A stretch of DNA of 64,000 nucleotides from Octopus sinensis (GCF_006345805.1 NC_043010.1:48422001-48486000); one strand, 5' to 3'; shown: positions 39,101-50,234, counted from the stretch's first letter. Notes: generated by a model not told the origin, from the letters alone. Translations and numbers: made by a program.

Positions 39101-39453
39101 CCTACACCCCCTACACCTTCCGCGTTACCTTGCCAGTAGAGTTTGTACCTAAGTGCCTTGCCCGTGAGGACCCTAGCCGAAGCATCTCTCCATCTTACCT
39201 CTTGTATGCAGCATACATCAACCTGTCTTCTCTCTAGCATCTCTACAATCTCACTAGACTTGCCTGTCAATGTACCAACATTGATAGTGCCAACTCTGAA
39301 AACTGGGAAGGAGATGTGGGGGGGACGGGGGGGATTCGGCGCCTGAGAAGAGGAGGGTTGTTGTGGTGGTGATAGTTTTCGTGGTATTTTTCTTTTGATC
39401 TCTCTTCCAACCTGACCACGCCGTGGGCAGGAGCTGGTGTTAGCAGTGGACAT
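36169..39453 (-). CDS. RTE LINE ORF, 1094 aa: AP endonuclease + reverse transcriptase with inserted PHD finger
   Basis: APE motifs GTINV, IQEVRW, SAYAPQ, GDFNGH, IDFIL; RT motifs NYRGIKLL, QFGF, FVDLEKAFD, GVHQGSALSPLLF, LLYADDL; C-terminal RLRWYGHV and RGRGRPRKTW typical of RTE; no stops or frameshifts. Confidence 0.95.
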   Translation of the reverse strand: MSTANTSSCPRRGQVGREIKRKIPRKLSPPQQPSSSQAPNPPRPPHISFPVFRVGTINVGTLTGKSSEIVEMLERRQVDVCCIQEVRWRDASARVLTGKALRYKLYWQGNAEGVGGVGILLAEEWVDKVIEVVRVCDRVLKLRLVLQSGTAMIISAYAPQAGLPNDQKDNFYDTLLQATSKTSNKDLIFVGGDFNGHVGRESGIFTGVHGGYGIGTRNDEGTRLLEFCDACNLSICNTNFKKPVCHLITYQSGDSASQIDFILTRQRDAGLLLNTKTLPGEECIPQHRLIISDFKLEARRTPRNKPIQKRRIWRLKNPSHGQKFRDILIKKFDEREEELQTSDIEGSWEFLRDSLLSATDQVCGWCKVPSRPRITWWWNSAVDKAICEKRRAWKAWKDGGSRELYQIAKREAGRQVYIAEDVAEKKKFANVQRREDQRAEVFRIARQCVRENSDVIGEKCVRMDDGALAFTTSEKKEAWRSHYERLLNEENEWEEESLPNVDPVEGPATRIDSSLVDKAIKDMKPGKAPGLSGITAEMLKTAGYVGYAIVTRIVNQVVHNGVIPNDWCSSTIVNCYKGKGDALDRNNYRGIKLLDQVMKVSEKVITNLIRERICLDEMQFGFVPGRSTTDAIFLVRQLQEKYLAKDKPLYIAFVDLEKAFDRVPRSLIWWSMRKLEIEEWLIRAVQALYREAVSKVRIGNEYSEEFRVEVGVHQGSALSPLLFIIVLQAITEEFKTGCPWELLYADDLALIAESLPELEEKFRVWKQGLESKGLRINVAKTKVLVSSKRYSAHIPSGRWPCSTCRKGTGRNSIRCTQCKLWTHKRCSNIKGKLTDKIAFMCGRCTGTIDTTDTQKTDSITLQGEKLEVVDSFRYLGDQVSSGGGCTESITTRIRIAWAKFRKLLPLLATKGLSLRAKGRLYDACVRTAMLHGNETWAVTAEDMRRLERNEASMIRWMCSVSVHAKQSVSILREMLDIRSIRCGVQERRLRWYGHVLRMDEERCVKKCHSQTVEGIRGRGRPRKTWDEVVKHDLRALGLTEAMAKDRDLWRYAVTTKTRPAFCSNSTYPLPILSTLDPQSTPIPKVPRTSLPPCR

Positions 39454-39838
39454 TCGTTATCGTCACTGAGTAACGTAATTAGGTAGAGAAAAGAAATACA
39501 GATATTCTAGAGTTGAGTTGGGGAGGGGGGGTCCAGTTGAGGCGGGTAGTATAGGGGAGCAACCAGTGGGGAAGGTTGGGGTAAGGAGGAACGATGGCAG
39601 GAAGGATTGGTGTAGGTTCGTAAGAAATAAAAACGTAGGATATTACGAGGCGGAAGGGTACTAAAAGGGGATGGTTGGATTGAGGCAGTGTCAGGAGGAA
39701 GCAAAGATCGGTGGGCAGTTGAGCTATGGCGCTAGCAGCTTGTCTTTTCACAGTGAAAGCATATGAGGAGAAGGGGTAGTGGGGGGAGGAGGAGGGAGTA
39801 GGGCGTATCCGGTGTAGATGGTGAGAACAGGGTATACT

Positions 39839-40060
39839 GGTATTGGTGGTGGGGGTGAGAACAGTGTTCACCGGTATTGGTGGTGGCGGTGAGAACAGTG
39901 TTCACCGGTATTGGTGGTGGCGGTGAGAACAGTGTTCACCGGTATTGGTGGTGGGGGTGAGAACAGTGTTCACCGGTATTGGTGGTGGGGGTGAGAACAG
40001 TGTTCACCGGTATTGGTGGTGGGGGTGAGAACAGTGTTCATCGGTATTGGTGGTGGGGGT
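39839..40060. repeat. 34-bp minisatellite (about 6.5 copies) in the RTE 5' leader
   Basis: Unit GGTATTGGTGGTGG(G/C)GGTGAGAACAGTGTTCACC; TATTGG recurs at 39841, 39875, 39909, 39943, 39977, 40011, 40045. Confidence 0.95.
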
Positions 40061-40072
40061 GGGGGCGGGCGC

Positions 40073-41821
40073 ACCGCCAATGGCGGAAAGATGGGAAAAG
40101 ATAGGATTACGGCTTGAGGTAGCCTAAGGTTAAATTTCGTAGAGAGAGAGATAGGAAAGATAAATCAAGTTATGGCGAAGGCTTGAAAGTAGCCTAAAAG
40201 GTTAAATTTTCGTAGCGAATGAGATGGGTAAGACGGATCAAGTTATCAATGTATGAATAAACGTAGTAACAACGAATAAAAATAGTAAGATAAATTTTTA
40301 AGAACTTGCTGCGGGCATCGACCGGGAGTTGAAATTGAAGAAGAAAGTAAGTTGAATTGGGAGTTTAAATTGCAGAATCATAATGGTAATGGCGATTTTC
40401 AAGTTTTAGCATAAGAAGAAGAAGAGGAGGAAAAAAAGACCGCCAATGGCGGAAAGATGGGAAAAGATAGGATTACGGCTTGAGGTAGCCTAAGGTTAAA
40501 TTTCGTAGAGAGAGAGATAGGAAAGATAAATCAAGTTATGGCGAAGGCTTGAAAGTAGCCTAAAAGGTTAAATTTTCGTAGCGAATGAGATGGGTAAGAC
40601 GAATCAAGTTATCAATGTATGAATAAACGTAGTAACAACGAATAAAAATAGTAAGATAAATTTTTAAGAACTTGCTGCGGGCATCGACCGGGAGTTGAAA
40701 TTGAAGAAGAAAGTAAGTTGAATTGGGAGTTTAAATTGCAGAATCGTAATGGTAATGGCGATTTTCAAGTTTTAGCATAAGAAGAAGAAGAGGAGGAAAA
40801 AAAGACCGCCAATGGCGGAAAGATGGGAAAAGATAGGATTACGGCTTGAGGTAGCCTAAGGTTAAATTTCGTAGAGAGAGAGATAGGAAAGATAAATCAA
40901 GTTATGGCGAAGGCTTGAAAGTAGCCTAAAAGGTTAATTTTCGTAGCGAATGAGATGGGTAAGACGGATCAAGTTATCAATGTATGAATAACGTAGTAAC
41001 AACGAATAAAAATAGTAAGATAATTTTTAAGAACTTGCTGCGGGCATCGACCGGGAGTTGAAATTGAAGAAGAAAGTAAGTTGAATTGGGAGTTTAAATT
41101 GCAGAATCTTAATGGTAATGGCGATTTTCAAGTTTTAGCATAAGAAGAAGAAGAGGAGGAAAAAAAGACCGCCAATGGCGGAAAGATGGGAAAAGATAGG
41201 ATTACGGCTTGAGGTAGCCTAAGGTTAAATTTCGTAGAGAGAGAGATAGGAAAGATAAATCAAGTTATGGCGAAGGCTTGAAAGTAGCCTAAAAGGTTAA
41301 ATTTTCGTAGCGAATGAGATGGGTAAGACGAATCAAGTTATCAATGTATGAATAAACGTAGTAACAACAAATAAAAATAGTAAGATAAATTTTTAAGAAC
41401 TTGCTGCGGGCATCGACCGGGAGTTGAAATTGAAGAAGAAAGTAAGTTGAATTGGGAGTTTAAATTGCAGAATCGTAATGGTAATGGCGATTTTCAAGTT
41501 TTAGCATAAGAAGAAGAAGAGGAGGAAAAAAAGACCGCCAATGGCGGAAAGATGGGAAAAGATAGGATTACGGCTTGAGGTAGCCTAAGGTTAAATTTCG
41601 TAGAGAGAGAGATAGGAAAGATAAATCAAGTTATGGCGAAGGCTTGAAAGTAGCCTAAAAGGTTAAATTTTCGTAGCGAATGAGATGGGTAAGACGAATC
41701 AAGTTATCAATGTATGAATAAACGTAGTAACAACGAATAAAAATAGTAAGATAAATTTTTAAGAACTTGCTGCGGGCATCGACCGGAGTTGAAATTGAAG
41801 AAGAAAGTAAGTTGAATTGGG

Positions 41822-41826
<5 letters not shown>
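40073..41826. repeat. About 4.8 tandem copies of a 366-bp monomer forming the RTE 5' end
   Basis: Units start ACCGCCAATGGCGG at 40073, 40439, 40805, 41168, 41534; copies nearly identical. Confidence 0.95.
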
Positions 41827-41868
<42 letters not shown>

Positions 41869-42570
41869 AATGACTTTGGAGGTCCAGCAGAGTAAAATAT
41901 GGATTAAAGGGGTCCATAAGCAAGAGTTAGATGAAAACATGGTATTAGTGGGAAGAAGGATGAATGGGTCACTTCTCATTGTTTAACTTGATCAGAGTTA
42001 ACTCAAAACTTAGTAATAACAACAATGCCATCATCAATTCCAGCATTTTTCACTGAGTATATAAGCATCTATACACAGTAATACGTCCATATTAGTCTGA
42101 CTACTGTTCTCGTATGTATTAATTAATATTGTTGATTGATTATTCAATGTATATATTACTAATTAACTACCTATGACCAAAATAAAATACTGCCAGAAGG
42201 GGAAAATGCAGATATAAATTAATTAAAATTTTCTTTAAAATTTTGCTTTAAAAACCAGAAAAGCTGCCCAACCAAAGTGTTCTATAACAATCATTATGAT
42301 TTTTTAGAGAATGCAATTCTCTTGGTCAACATTATGATGAATAGAAATAGAAAATGTTAATATTAACACAGTTAATTAATTTCTAGGCTATGGAGCTGTT
42401 TACAAATAATAATCATTTGTTTTCTTTAAAGTGTAACTAAGAAGCATTGACTCTCATTCAAATGTAAAAGATTTCATTCAGTTTTCCCCAAGCTGCCTCT
42501 GCTATACAATACAGAAAAATGAAATAGCCATTGGCAACGAATTGTTCCTTTATGCATTACACTGCCATTA

Positions 42571-42646
<76 letters not shown>

Positions 42647-44618
42647 GTTATTATTATAGTAGTCTTGTATATAAGTTGCTTTTTTTCTTTTTTCTTTTTG
42701 TACATGTTCTTTCAAACAAAACCAATTATGAATTATATTTAACAGTTTTAATACATAGTTTTGTTTTGTTCTAAATTTATTGCATTTTCTGAATCTATAG
42801 GATGTTGAAAGAAAATGAAAGGAGATAGTTTTGAAAAATTGGAAACATAGCTATTAAAGCAAATAAAAAAAGCAAAAAAAAAAAAACCAAAACAAATAAA
42901 CAAAAATATTAATTTCCAAGTGTTTATGACAGCTTCTATCTGATTGAAATAAACATTTGCATTTATTTTTAAGTTACTAGTACTTCCGATGGAAATATAT
43001 GATACATAGCAAGGAAGAGGTTTTGTTTCATACACATGATCTATTTAATGTTTATGATTTATGCTTGGTCGGGGTAGGTGCACTTGCTTCGTGAAGTTTT
43101 GCAGAATACAATGCACACTGATTTTTTGCCCCATGTAGCTACTTACCTCTGTTTAAGTAGTAGCCTGATCTCCCTGAAATTGCATATACTCTTTTACTGG
43201 TTTCAGTTATTTGACTGTAGCCATGCTGGAGCACCACCTTTTAGTCAAGCAAATCGACCCCAGGACTTATTCTTTCTAAGCCTAGTACTTATTCTATCAG
43301 TCTCTTTTGCTGAACCGCCTAAGTTACGGGGATGTAAACACACCAGCATCGGTTGTCAAGCGATGTTGCGGGGACAAACACAGACACATAAACATACACA
43401 CACACACATACATATACATATATATATATACATATACATATATACGACGGGCTTCTTTCAGTTTCCGTCTAGCAAATCCACTCACAAGGCTTTGGTCAGC
43501 CCGAGGCTATAGTAGAAGACACTTGCCCAAGGTGCCACGCAGTGGGACTGAACCCAGAACCATGTGGTTTGTAAGCAAGTTACTTACCACACAGCCACTT
43601 ATGCCTATTATTATTATTAAAATATTATTATTTTTAAAATGAAAAACACCTTGGATAATACAGTCTGAGATATACAACAAAGATGAGATGGTCATAGTGG
43701 AATGGCTTTGATCATAGGTGCAGGCATGGCTGTATCATTAAGAAGTCTGCTTTCTAACCACATGATTTTAGGTTTAGCCCCACTGCATGGCCCCTTTGTC
43801 ATGTGTATATTTCTCTAGCCCTGGGCAGACCAAAACCTTGTGAGTGAATCTGGTAGATAGAAACTGAAGGATTATTTATATATATACACACTTGTACACT
43901 TGTGAAGGAACATGGCTCAGTGGTTAGAGTGTTGGGCTCACAATCATGAGGTTTGATCCCCAGACTGGGCTGTGTGTTGTACCCTTGAGCAAGACACTTT
44001 ATTTCACATTACTCCAGTTCACTCAGCTGTAGAAATGAGTTGTGATGCCACATGTGCTGAGCTGTATTCGCCTTTGCCTTTCCCTTGGATGACATCAGTG
44101 GTGTGGAGAAGGGGAGGCTGGTATGCATGGGCGACTGCTGGTCTTTCATATAAAACCTTGCCCAGACTTGTTCCGCGGAGGGTAACATTCTAGGAGCTAT
44201 CTCATGGTCATTCATGACTGAAGGGGGTCTTTATCCTTTACTCTTTTACACACTTGCACACATTTATATGTGTGTATGTGTGTGTATAAATGCATGTGTG
44301 CATGTGTGTGCCTGTTTGTTTTGACATTGTGCAATAATTGTAAACAAGCATCTCCATACAAGTGATGTTGTTTGTTTCCAGCCCTCCATGGAAAACATAT
44401 CTGGTCATGGAGGAAATGTCATCTTGCATATAGATAGATGAGAGTAGACTATTAGAAGGGTGTAGAAAATCTGCTTCATCAAATTCCATCTGATGCATAA
44501 GAGTATAGAAAAGGGGACATTAAAAACGATAGAAGTGATAGATATAGAAATATAGTAGTAATAATATATATATATATATATAGTAATAATAATAATAATA
44601 ATAATAATATATATATAC

Positions 44619-45005
44619 TTTAGGTTAGTTAAAATATGTTTGTGACATATTTTAACTTCTAATGGTAAATTCACTGCAATTACCATAGAGAAAAGATTCT
44701 CTCTTATGGTAAAAAGGTGTAAATACACCATACATCTCTAATGCTGCCCCCTGTCAAATTTCCAGACAGTCTTAAAGCTATAGCTTTAATTAAGTCTGTC
44801 CAGAGTTGCCTCTCTTTGGTATTTCCCATTGGTAATTGCTAAAGAGCTAGAAACACATCTGGGAATCCAACAGGGAGCAGCACTGGACAGATGTGGTGTT
44901 TTTGCATCTTTTTATTGTAAGTGAGAAGTTTTTCTCCATGGTAACTGCAGTGAATTTGCCTTTAGAAGCTGAAATATGTCAGAAGCATATTTTAACTAAC
45001 CTAAA
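44619..45005. mobile_element. Fold-back element (about 150-bp arms) with degenerate hammerhead motif, Penelope-like
   Basis: TTTAGGTTAGTTAAAATATG... / ...CATATTTTAACTAACCTAAA; hammerhead-like core at 44823-44865. Confidence 0.65.
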
Positions 45006-46565
45006 ATTTGCTTATGCCTAAACATTGCTTGGTGTTGAAAAAGCATCCAGTGTTTGGAAGGGCATCCAACTGTAAAAACCCCATCCCAAAACTGATGTTG
45101 CCTGTGCTTGTGCCACATAAAAAGCAAACTGTACACTCTGCTGGGTGGTTGATGTTAGGAAGGGCAACCCTTTGTACTTTCTTTTATTGGCTGTGACAGT
45201 ATTCTATCACAAACATCAACTGTAACTGAGAAGGTCTCTGATAAAAGGCTTTCTAACCAAGAATACCACATTTATTATTCAGACATAGTGTATCTTAGAC
45301 TACATTATTCAATGTTTCCCCAACTCTTTTTAAGGTGGTAGAATGTGATTGGAGCAAAATTTTCCTGTTATCTTTCGTAGGTTGTTTATTCTATCTAAAA
45401 TTTATTTTATGTTGTTAAATTCAATGATGTCAGGATTTCTTCTGTAAGATTTCAGTAGATAAATGTAGAATGCTTCCAGATTTGAAATGAGTAAAGAATA
45501 TGTTGTGCATTTGGTATTAGTTATTGTTGATGTTGATCTTGGTATTGGTTTGAATAAAGAAGGCAGGTTGATGGAGATCATGGCCTTTAGGATTTGTTAT
45601 AGCTCTAAGCAAAAACTTCCACTATTTAGTATCAGTCGAGGAAATCTTTCCATATTATTCCAAAATATAATTTAGGAACAGTTGCATTGTCTTTTTGATT
45701 TTCGTTTATTTATTTGTATATTTCTTTTTTTTTTCTTAGAAAAATTAATTACTATTTTCCAGCAGCTTTCATTTAATTCTAGTTTGTGATTTTTGGCTGG
45801 AAGGTGTAATATAAACTTCTATTATAGAAACATGCCTTGTTTTCACTAAGAATATATTGAGATTAATTTTACATTTTCTTCAACATTGAGAAAATTCTTT
45901 AAATCATCAAATGAGATTTATTGAAATGTTATCTTTGATTTTATAACATTTTTTTAAATACTGTGTATATTTTGTTTAATGTATTTTGTTTAAAAAACGG
46001 AGATGAAATTATGTAAGCAGTGGCTTTTAAATTTTAAAAATTCCCATAACTCTTTAGCCTTTTCAGTGAAAATTAAAAATAAAAGTGCAAAAAGGATTTA
46101 ACAATTTGTTAATGGATAAAACAATGTGCAACTGTGATTTCTTGTTTTTCTCCTGGGCACAATTACGTGTGTGCACACAGGACCTGTTTTACCTAACTGA
46201 TTACATTTTAATATATGCAAATCATTAGCTTAAAAATTATTTAAAAACATTAATGATTTTTCTAGTTATATATTTATCACTCTTTTGTAATACAACAACA
46301 CATTATGAAAATTAAATGAATGCAATCTGTGATTTTAACATCTTTTCAGTTTTTTGTTTTTTCTTGTTATAAAGCAGAAAGCAAATATCTCACTTTTGGC
46401 AGTTGTATAATTTACAATTTTGATAAATCATGTCTGACTTAAGTTGAGAAGATTCGTAACTGTCGAGTCTTTGAAATACTTAGTAATATTTGCATAATGT
46501 TAACATAATTAACTATGTGTGAGTGTTACTGTATTACTTGATAAAACGTCTGTTCCAATTTTCAG

Positions 46566-46648
46566 GCTTGTAAATCATTGTGTATGTGGGTGAGAGCTAT
46601 TAACTTGTATGCATACGTTTTTCGAGCAGTCCAACCCAAACAGCAACG
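46566..46648 (+). CDS. DNAH6: DNAH6-like exon 9 (end of MTBD, start of CC2); absent from ORF track
   Basis: tcag|GCT ... CG|gtaaga; ACKSLCMWVRAINLYAYVFRAVQPK. Confidence 0.92.
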
Positions 46649-46906
46649 GTAAGAATGGATTTATTAATTTACTTCTGTCTTCTGTATTTTACTGTCATTT
46701 AATTCAGTTAAATATACCTACTAGTTAACCTGTTTTTAAGGTGGTAGAGTGTGATTTGAGGGAAGTTTACCTATTATCTTTGGCAGGTTGTTTATTCTCT
46801 CTAAAAGTGAATTTATGTTAATAAATTCAAAGATGTTAAGATTTCTTCTGTAAGATTTCATGTTATAATTTGTTAATGGTGAGAGAGCAAAGCAGGACAA
46901 ATGTTA

Positions 46907-46961
<55 letters not shown>

Positions 46962-47520
46962 TATCATCATTCATCATCATCATCATCATTTAATGTCCAT
47001 TTTCCATGCTGGCATGGGTTAGATAGTTTGACTGGAAATGGTGAGCCAGAGAGTTGCACTAGGTCCCAATCTGATTTGGCTTGGTTTTTTACAGCTGGAT
47101 GCCCTTCTTAATGCCAACCACTCCAAGAGTGTAATGGATGCATTTTTTATATGCCACTGGCATGGGCACCATATACATGACACTGGCAATGGCTACGACT
47201 ACGATTTCACTGGTGCCACTTATAAGACAGTCATGACTACAATTTCACTTGGCCTGATGAGTCTTCTCAAGCACTGCAAATTGCCAAATATCTCAGTCAC
47301 TTGTCATCACTACATGAGGCCCAACATTTGAAGATCGTGCTTCACTACCTTTCTAAAGGGGCCCATCATTTGAAACAAGGAATGGCCATGACTACAATTT
47401 CACTTGGCTTGACGAGTCCTCTCAATCATAGCATATCACCAAAGGTCTCCGTCACTTGTCATGTTATAAGTGAAAAACAGATCTATTTGAATTTTTAAGT
47501 ATTATTTTGAAAGATTTCAA

Positions 47521-47691
47521 GGTGCAGGAGTGGCTGTGTGGTAAGTAGCCTGCTTACCAACCACATGGTTCTGGATTCAGTCCCACTGCGTGGCGCCTTG
47601 GGCAAGTGTCTTCTACTATAGCCTTGGGCTGACCAAAGCCTTGTGAGTGGATTTGCTAGACGGAAACTGAAAGAAGCCCATCGTATATATG

Positions 47692-47754
<63 letters not shown>

Positions 47755-47970
47755 ATGTATGTTTGTGTCTGTGTTTGTCCCCCTAGCATTGCTTGACAAC
47801 CGATGCTGGTGTGTTTATGTCCCCGTCACTTAGCAGTTCGGCAAAAGAGACCGATGGAATAAGTACTGGGCTTACAAAGAATAAGTCCCGGGGTCTAGTT
47901 GCTCGACTAAAGGCAGTGCTCCAGCATGGCCGCAGTCAAATGACTGAAACAAGTAAAAGAGTAAAAGAGT
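47521..47970 (+). mobile_element. Abundant SINE with internal (TA)n/(TG)n tract; other copies at about 7949-8345(+), 25365-25730(+), 43186-43605(-), 57061-57489(+), 61965-62345(+), and a split copy at 3688-4872
   Basis: Shared GGCTGTGTGGTAAG...GGTTCAGTCCCACTGCGTGGCACCTTGGGCAAGTG head and ...CAAATGACTGAAACAAGTAAAAGA tail across copies. Confidence 0.85.
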
Positions 47971-48723
47971 ATGGAAAACAGAATAAAAATAGATTTCAGA
48001 ATTAACCCTTTTGGTAACAACTCACCTGAGACACCCCTAGTTCTATAACAATTCTTCTAATAGCCTCTGTCCTCCATTGCTGATAGGCTGCTGTTGATCA
48101 CTAGTCTGTCAACAGATGTTGTAGCCTGTTGACCTCTTCTCCTGTAGCTATGGATTGGTTCCCAGAGTAATGTATCTCTGATGCTTTCATACCTGGCCTG
48201 GTAGCAGTGCCCAGCAAAACAGATTTTCCTGGCTCTGACTAGCTCTGATATTGGGAAAAGGTCGCTGTAGAGGTCTTTATAGGTCACCCTCTGTTGCCAT
48301 TTGATATTCAGTGCATGCTAGAGTAAGCAGGTGTAGCAACTGTCTAGTTGTTCCTGCAACGTTTTTGTCAGGGCCCAAGTCTATAATACAAACATTTTGG
48401 TGTATGCTAACAGAAATGTCAAGAAATGCAATGAAAGTTTGGGAAATAGTGCAGGAGAAATTGAGGGCAGGATGGAAGGATTGGACAAAAGAGAGGAAGG
48501 AGTCTAGTTGTTTGCAGGAGAATGAGGTTGCACTGATACAGTCATCAGTATAATGACCTTATAATTCAGTAGTGAGACCAGCGAATCGTGAGAATATTTG
48601 GGCCTCAATGTAGCAAACAAACAGGTTTGCATAGTTGGGGGCCCATTCTTGTTTCCAATATATATATTACTTTTATTTTTATTCTTTTTATTTTTATTCT
48701 TTTTATTTTTATTCTTTTGATAG

Positions 48724-48961
48724 GCTTGCAAAAGCAAAAGAAGAGCTTGCTACTGTTATGAGTAACCTGAGAGTACACCAGGATGCTTTGGCTAAAGTTG
48801 TGGCACAAATTGCTGCTCTGCAGAAAACATATGATGAAAGTGTAGACGAGAAAGAAAGGCTTGAATGTAAGATCACCCAGACAGCTGTCAGATTGAAACG
48901 AGCAACCAAATTAACCAAAGCTCTTGCAGATAAGCATGAAAAATGGAAAGAAACAGTCGTA
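48724..48961 (+). CDS. DNAH6: DNAH6-like exon 10 (stalk CC2)
   Basis: atag|G ... GTA|gtaagg; ...RLKRATKLTKALADKHEKW. Confidence 0.92.
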
Positions 48962-49454
48962 GTAAGGAAAACATTGAAAATGATATCATTGTATTGCTAT
49001 GTATAGAATTTTCAAGCTTGATTGAAATTTATTTGCTAAGCTGAACTCATGAAAGTTATGGATAAAGCATTTCTCATATTAATAAGAATATCTCTTATAT
49101 AAAATCCATTCTGTCTGTCTGTGTGTATGGCTTCTAGGATCTCGGGTATCCTCCATCCGATTGCGCTCATCTAACCACATTGCGTCATAGTTAGGTTATT
49201 TGTTTTCATCCCAGATCCCTTCCCAAAGGGAGGAATTTTTTACAACATTGATAGTCTGGCCTTTCATACTATGATACATAACTTCTGGGTTTGTTGCAAG
49301 CTTGTTATTGATGGCTTTCCATACTTGAAAGTTTTTTTTATATAATGGAATTGTTCACCTGCTGCTTGCAGTCTGTGTTTAAGAGCAACTAATTTTCCTA
49401 TTAGTGTTTCCTGCATGTTTGTATGTATGTACATATATATGGCAACAGGTAGTG

Positions 49455-49780
49455 TCAGAGCTATGCCGTTGGGAACTTCGGTTCCTGGTAGGGCCACCCA
49501 AGGTGGATTGGTCTGACACCGAGTGGTATTAGGGCCACAACCCGGCAGACGGGGTGAAAATCCTCGGAGTTTCTGTTTCGGCAACCGGTGGCTCCTCGGT
49601 CGTTCTGTCCTTGCCTCTGCGGCAAACAGGATGTCTCTACATGCGGGATTGTTGGGGACCGCTTGTGAAATCCACATATTCCCACGAAACTTCTTCCATG
49701 AATTCTCAATGGCGAATGTTCGAGATGCCTTGAGGGTGGTAGAAGCCGACTCAACCCGCCCAGGGTGAATGTCGCCACAA
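49455..49780 (+). mobile_element. CpG-rich fragment resembling an RTE/BovB/Rex3-type 5' UTR
   Basis: GAGCTATGCCG...GGTAGGGCCACCCAAG...GGTC resembles, from memory, the conserved 5' UTR motif of RTE-clade LINEs; contains GGAAC-TTCG-GTTCC hairpin. Confidence 0.55.
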
Positions 49781-49830
49781 GTACAAGTAGTAACTACATG
49801 TACATATATATATATATATATAATATATAT

Positions 49831-49882
<52 letters not shown>

Positions 49883-50018
49883 TATGTATGTATGAATGTA
49901 TGTATGCATGCAGGTATGCATGTATATATTCTTTATTTGTTAGTCAATGAATCTCTGTAATTATGTATTCTTCTCCCCCTATGTATGTATGTGTGTGTGT
50001 TTAGTGCCCCACCACTCA

Positions 50019-50079
<61 letters not shown>

Positions 50080-50112
50080 GTATATATATTATATATATGT
50101 ATATATATATAT

Positions 50113-50189
<77 letters not shown>

Positions 50190-50195
50190 TATATA

Positions 50196-50234
<39 letters not shown>

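Larger units (their letters stand above)
35924..41826 (-). mobile_element. Apparently full-length RTE-clade LINE, antisense in DNAH6 intron 8, inserted in a (TA)n tract
   Basis: Single long ORF with APE and RT; 3' UTR ends in (GAT)n tail at about 35924-35945; 5' leader of tandem repeats; (TA)n on both flanks. Confidence 0.88.

Noticed and set aside
39479-39871. 130-aa ORF upstream of the RTE ORF as an ORF1
   Set aside because: Pro/Ser-rich low-complexity translation starting in the minisatellite at a non-ATG codon; no recognisable domain; RTEs generally have a single main ORF
39839-40060. 34-bp palindromic repeats as a CRISPR array
   Set aside because: Units abut with no unique spacers, no cas genes, eukaryotic context; it is a minisatellite
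40805-41167. 363-bp variant monomer as a distinct subtype
   Set aside because: The differences are single-base losses in homopolymers, typical of long-read consensus error
40073-41826. 366-bp tandem units as a hammerhead retrozyme array
   Set aside because: Size fits, but no CTGANGA/GAAA core was found on either strand of the unit
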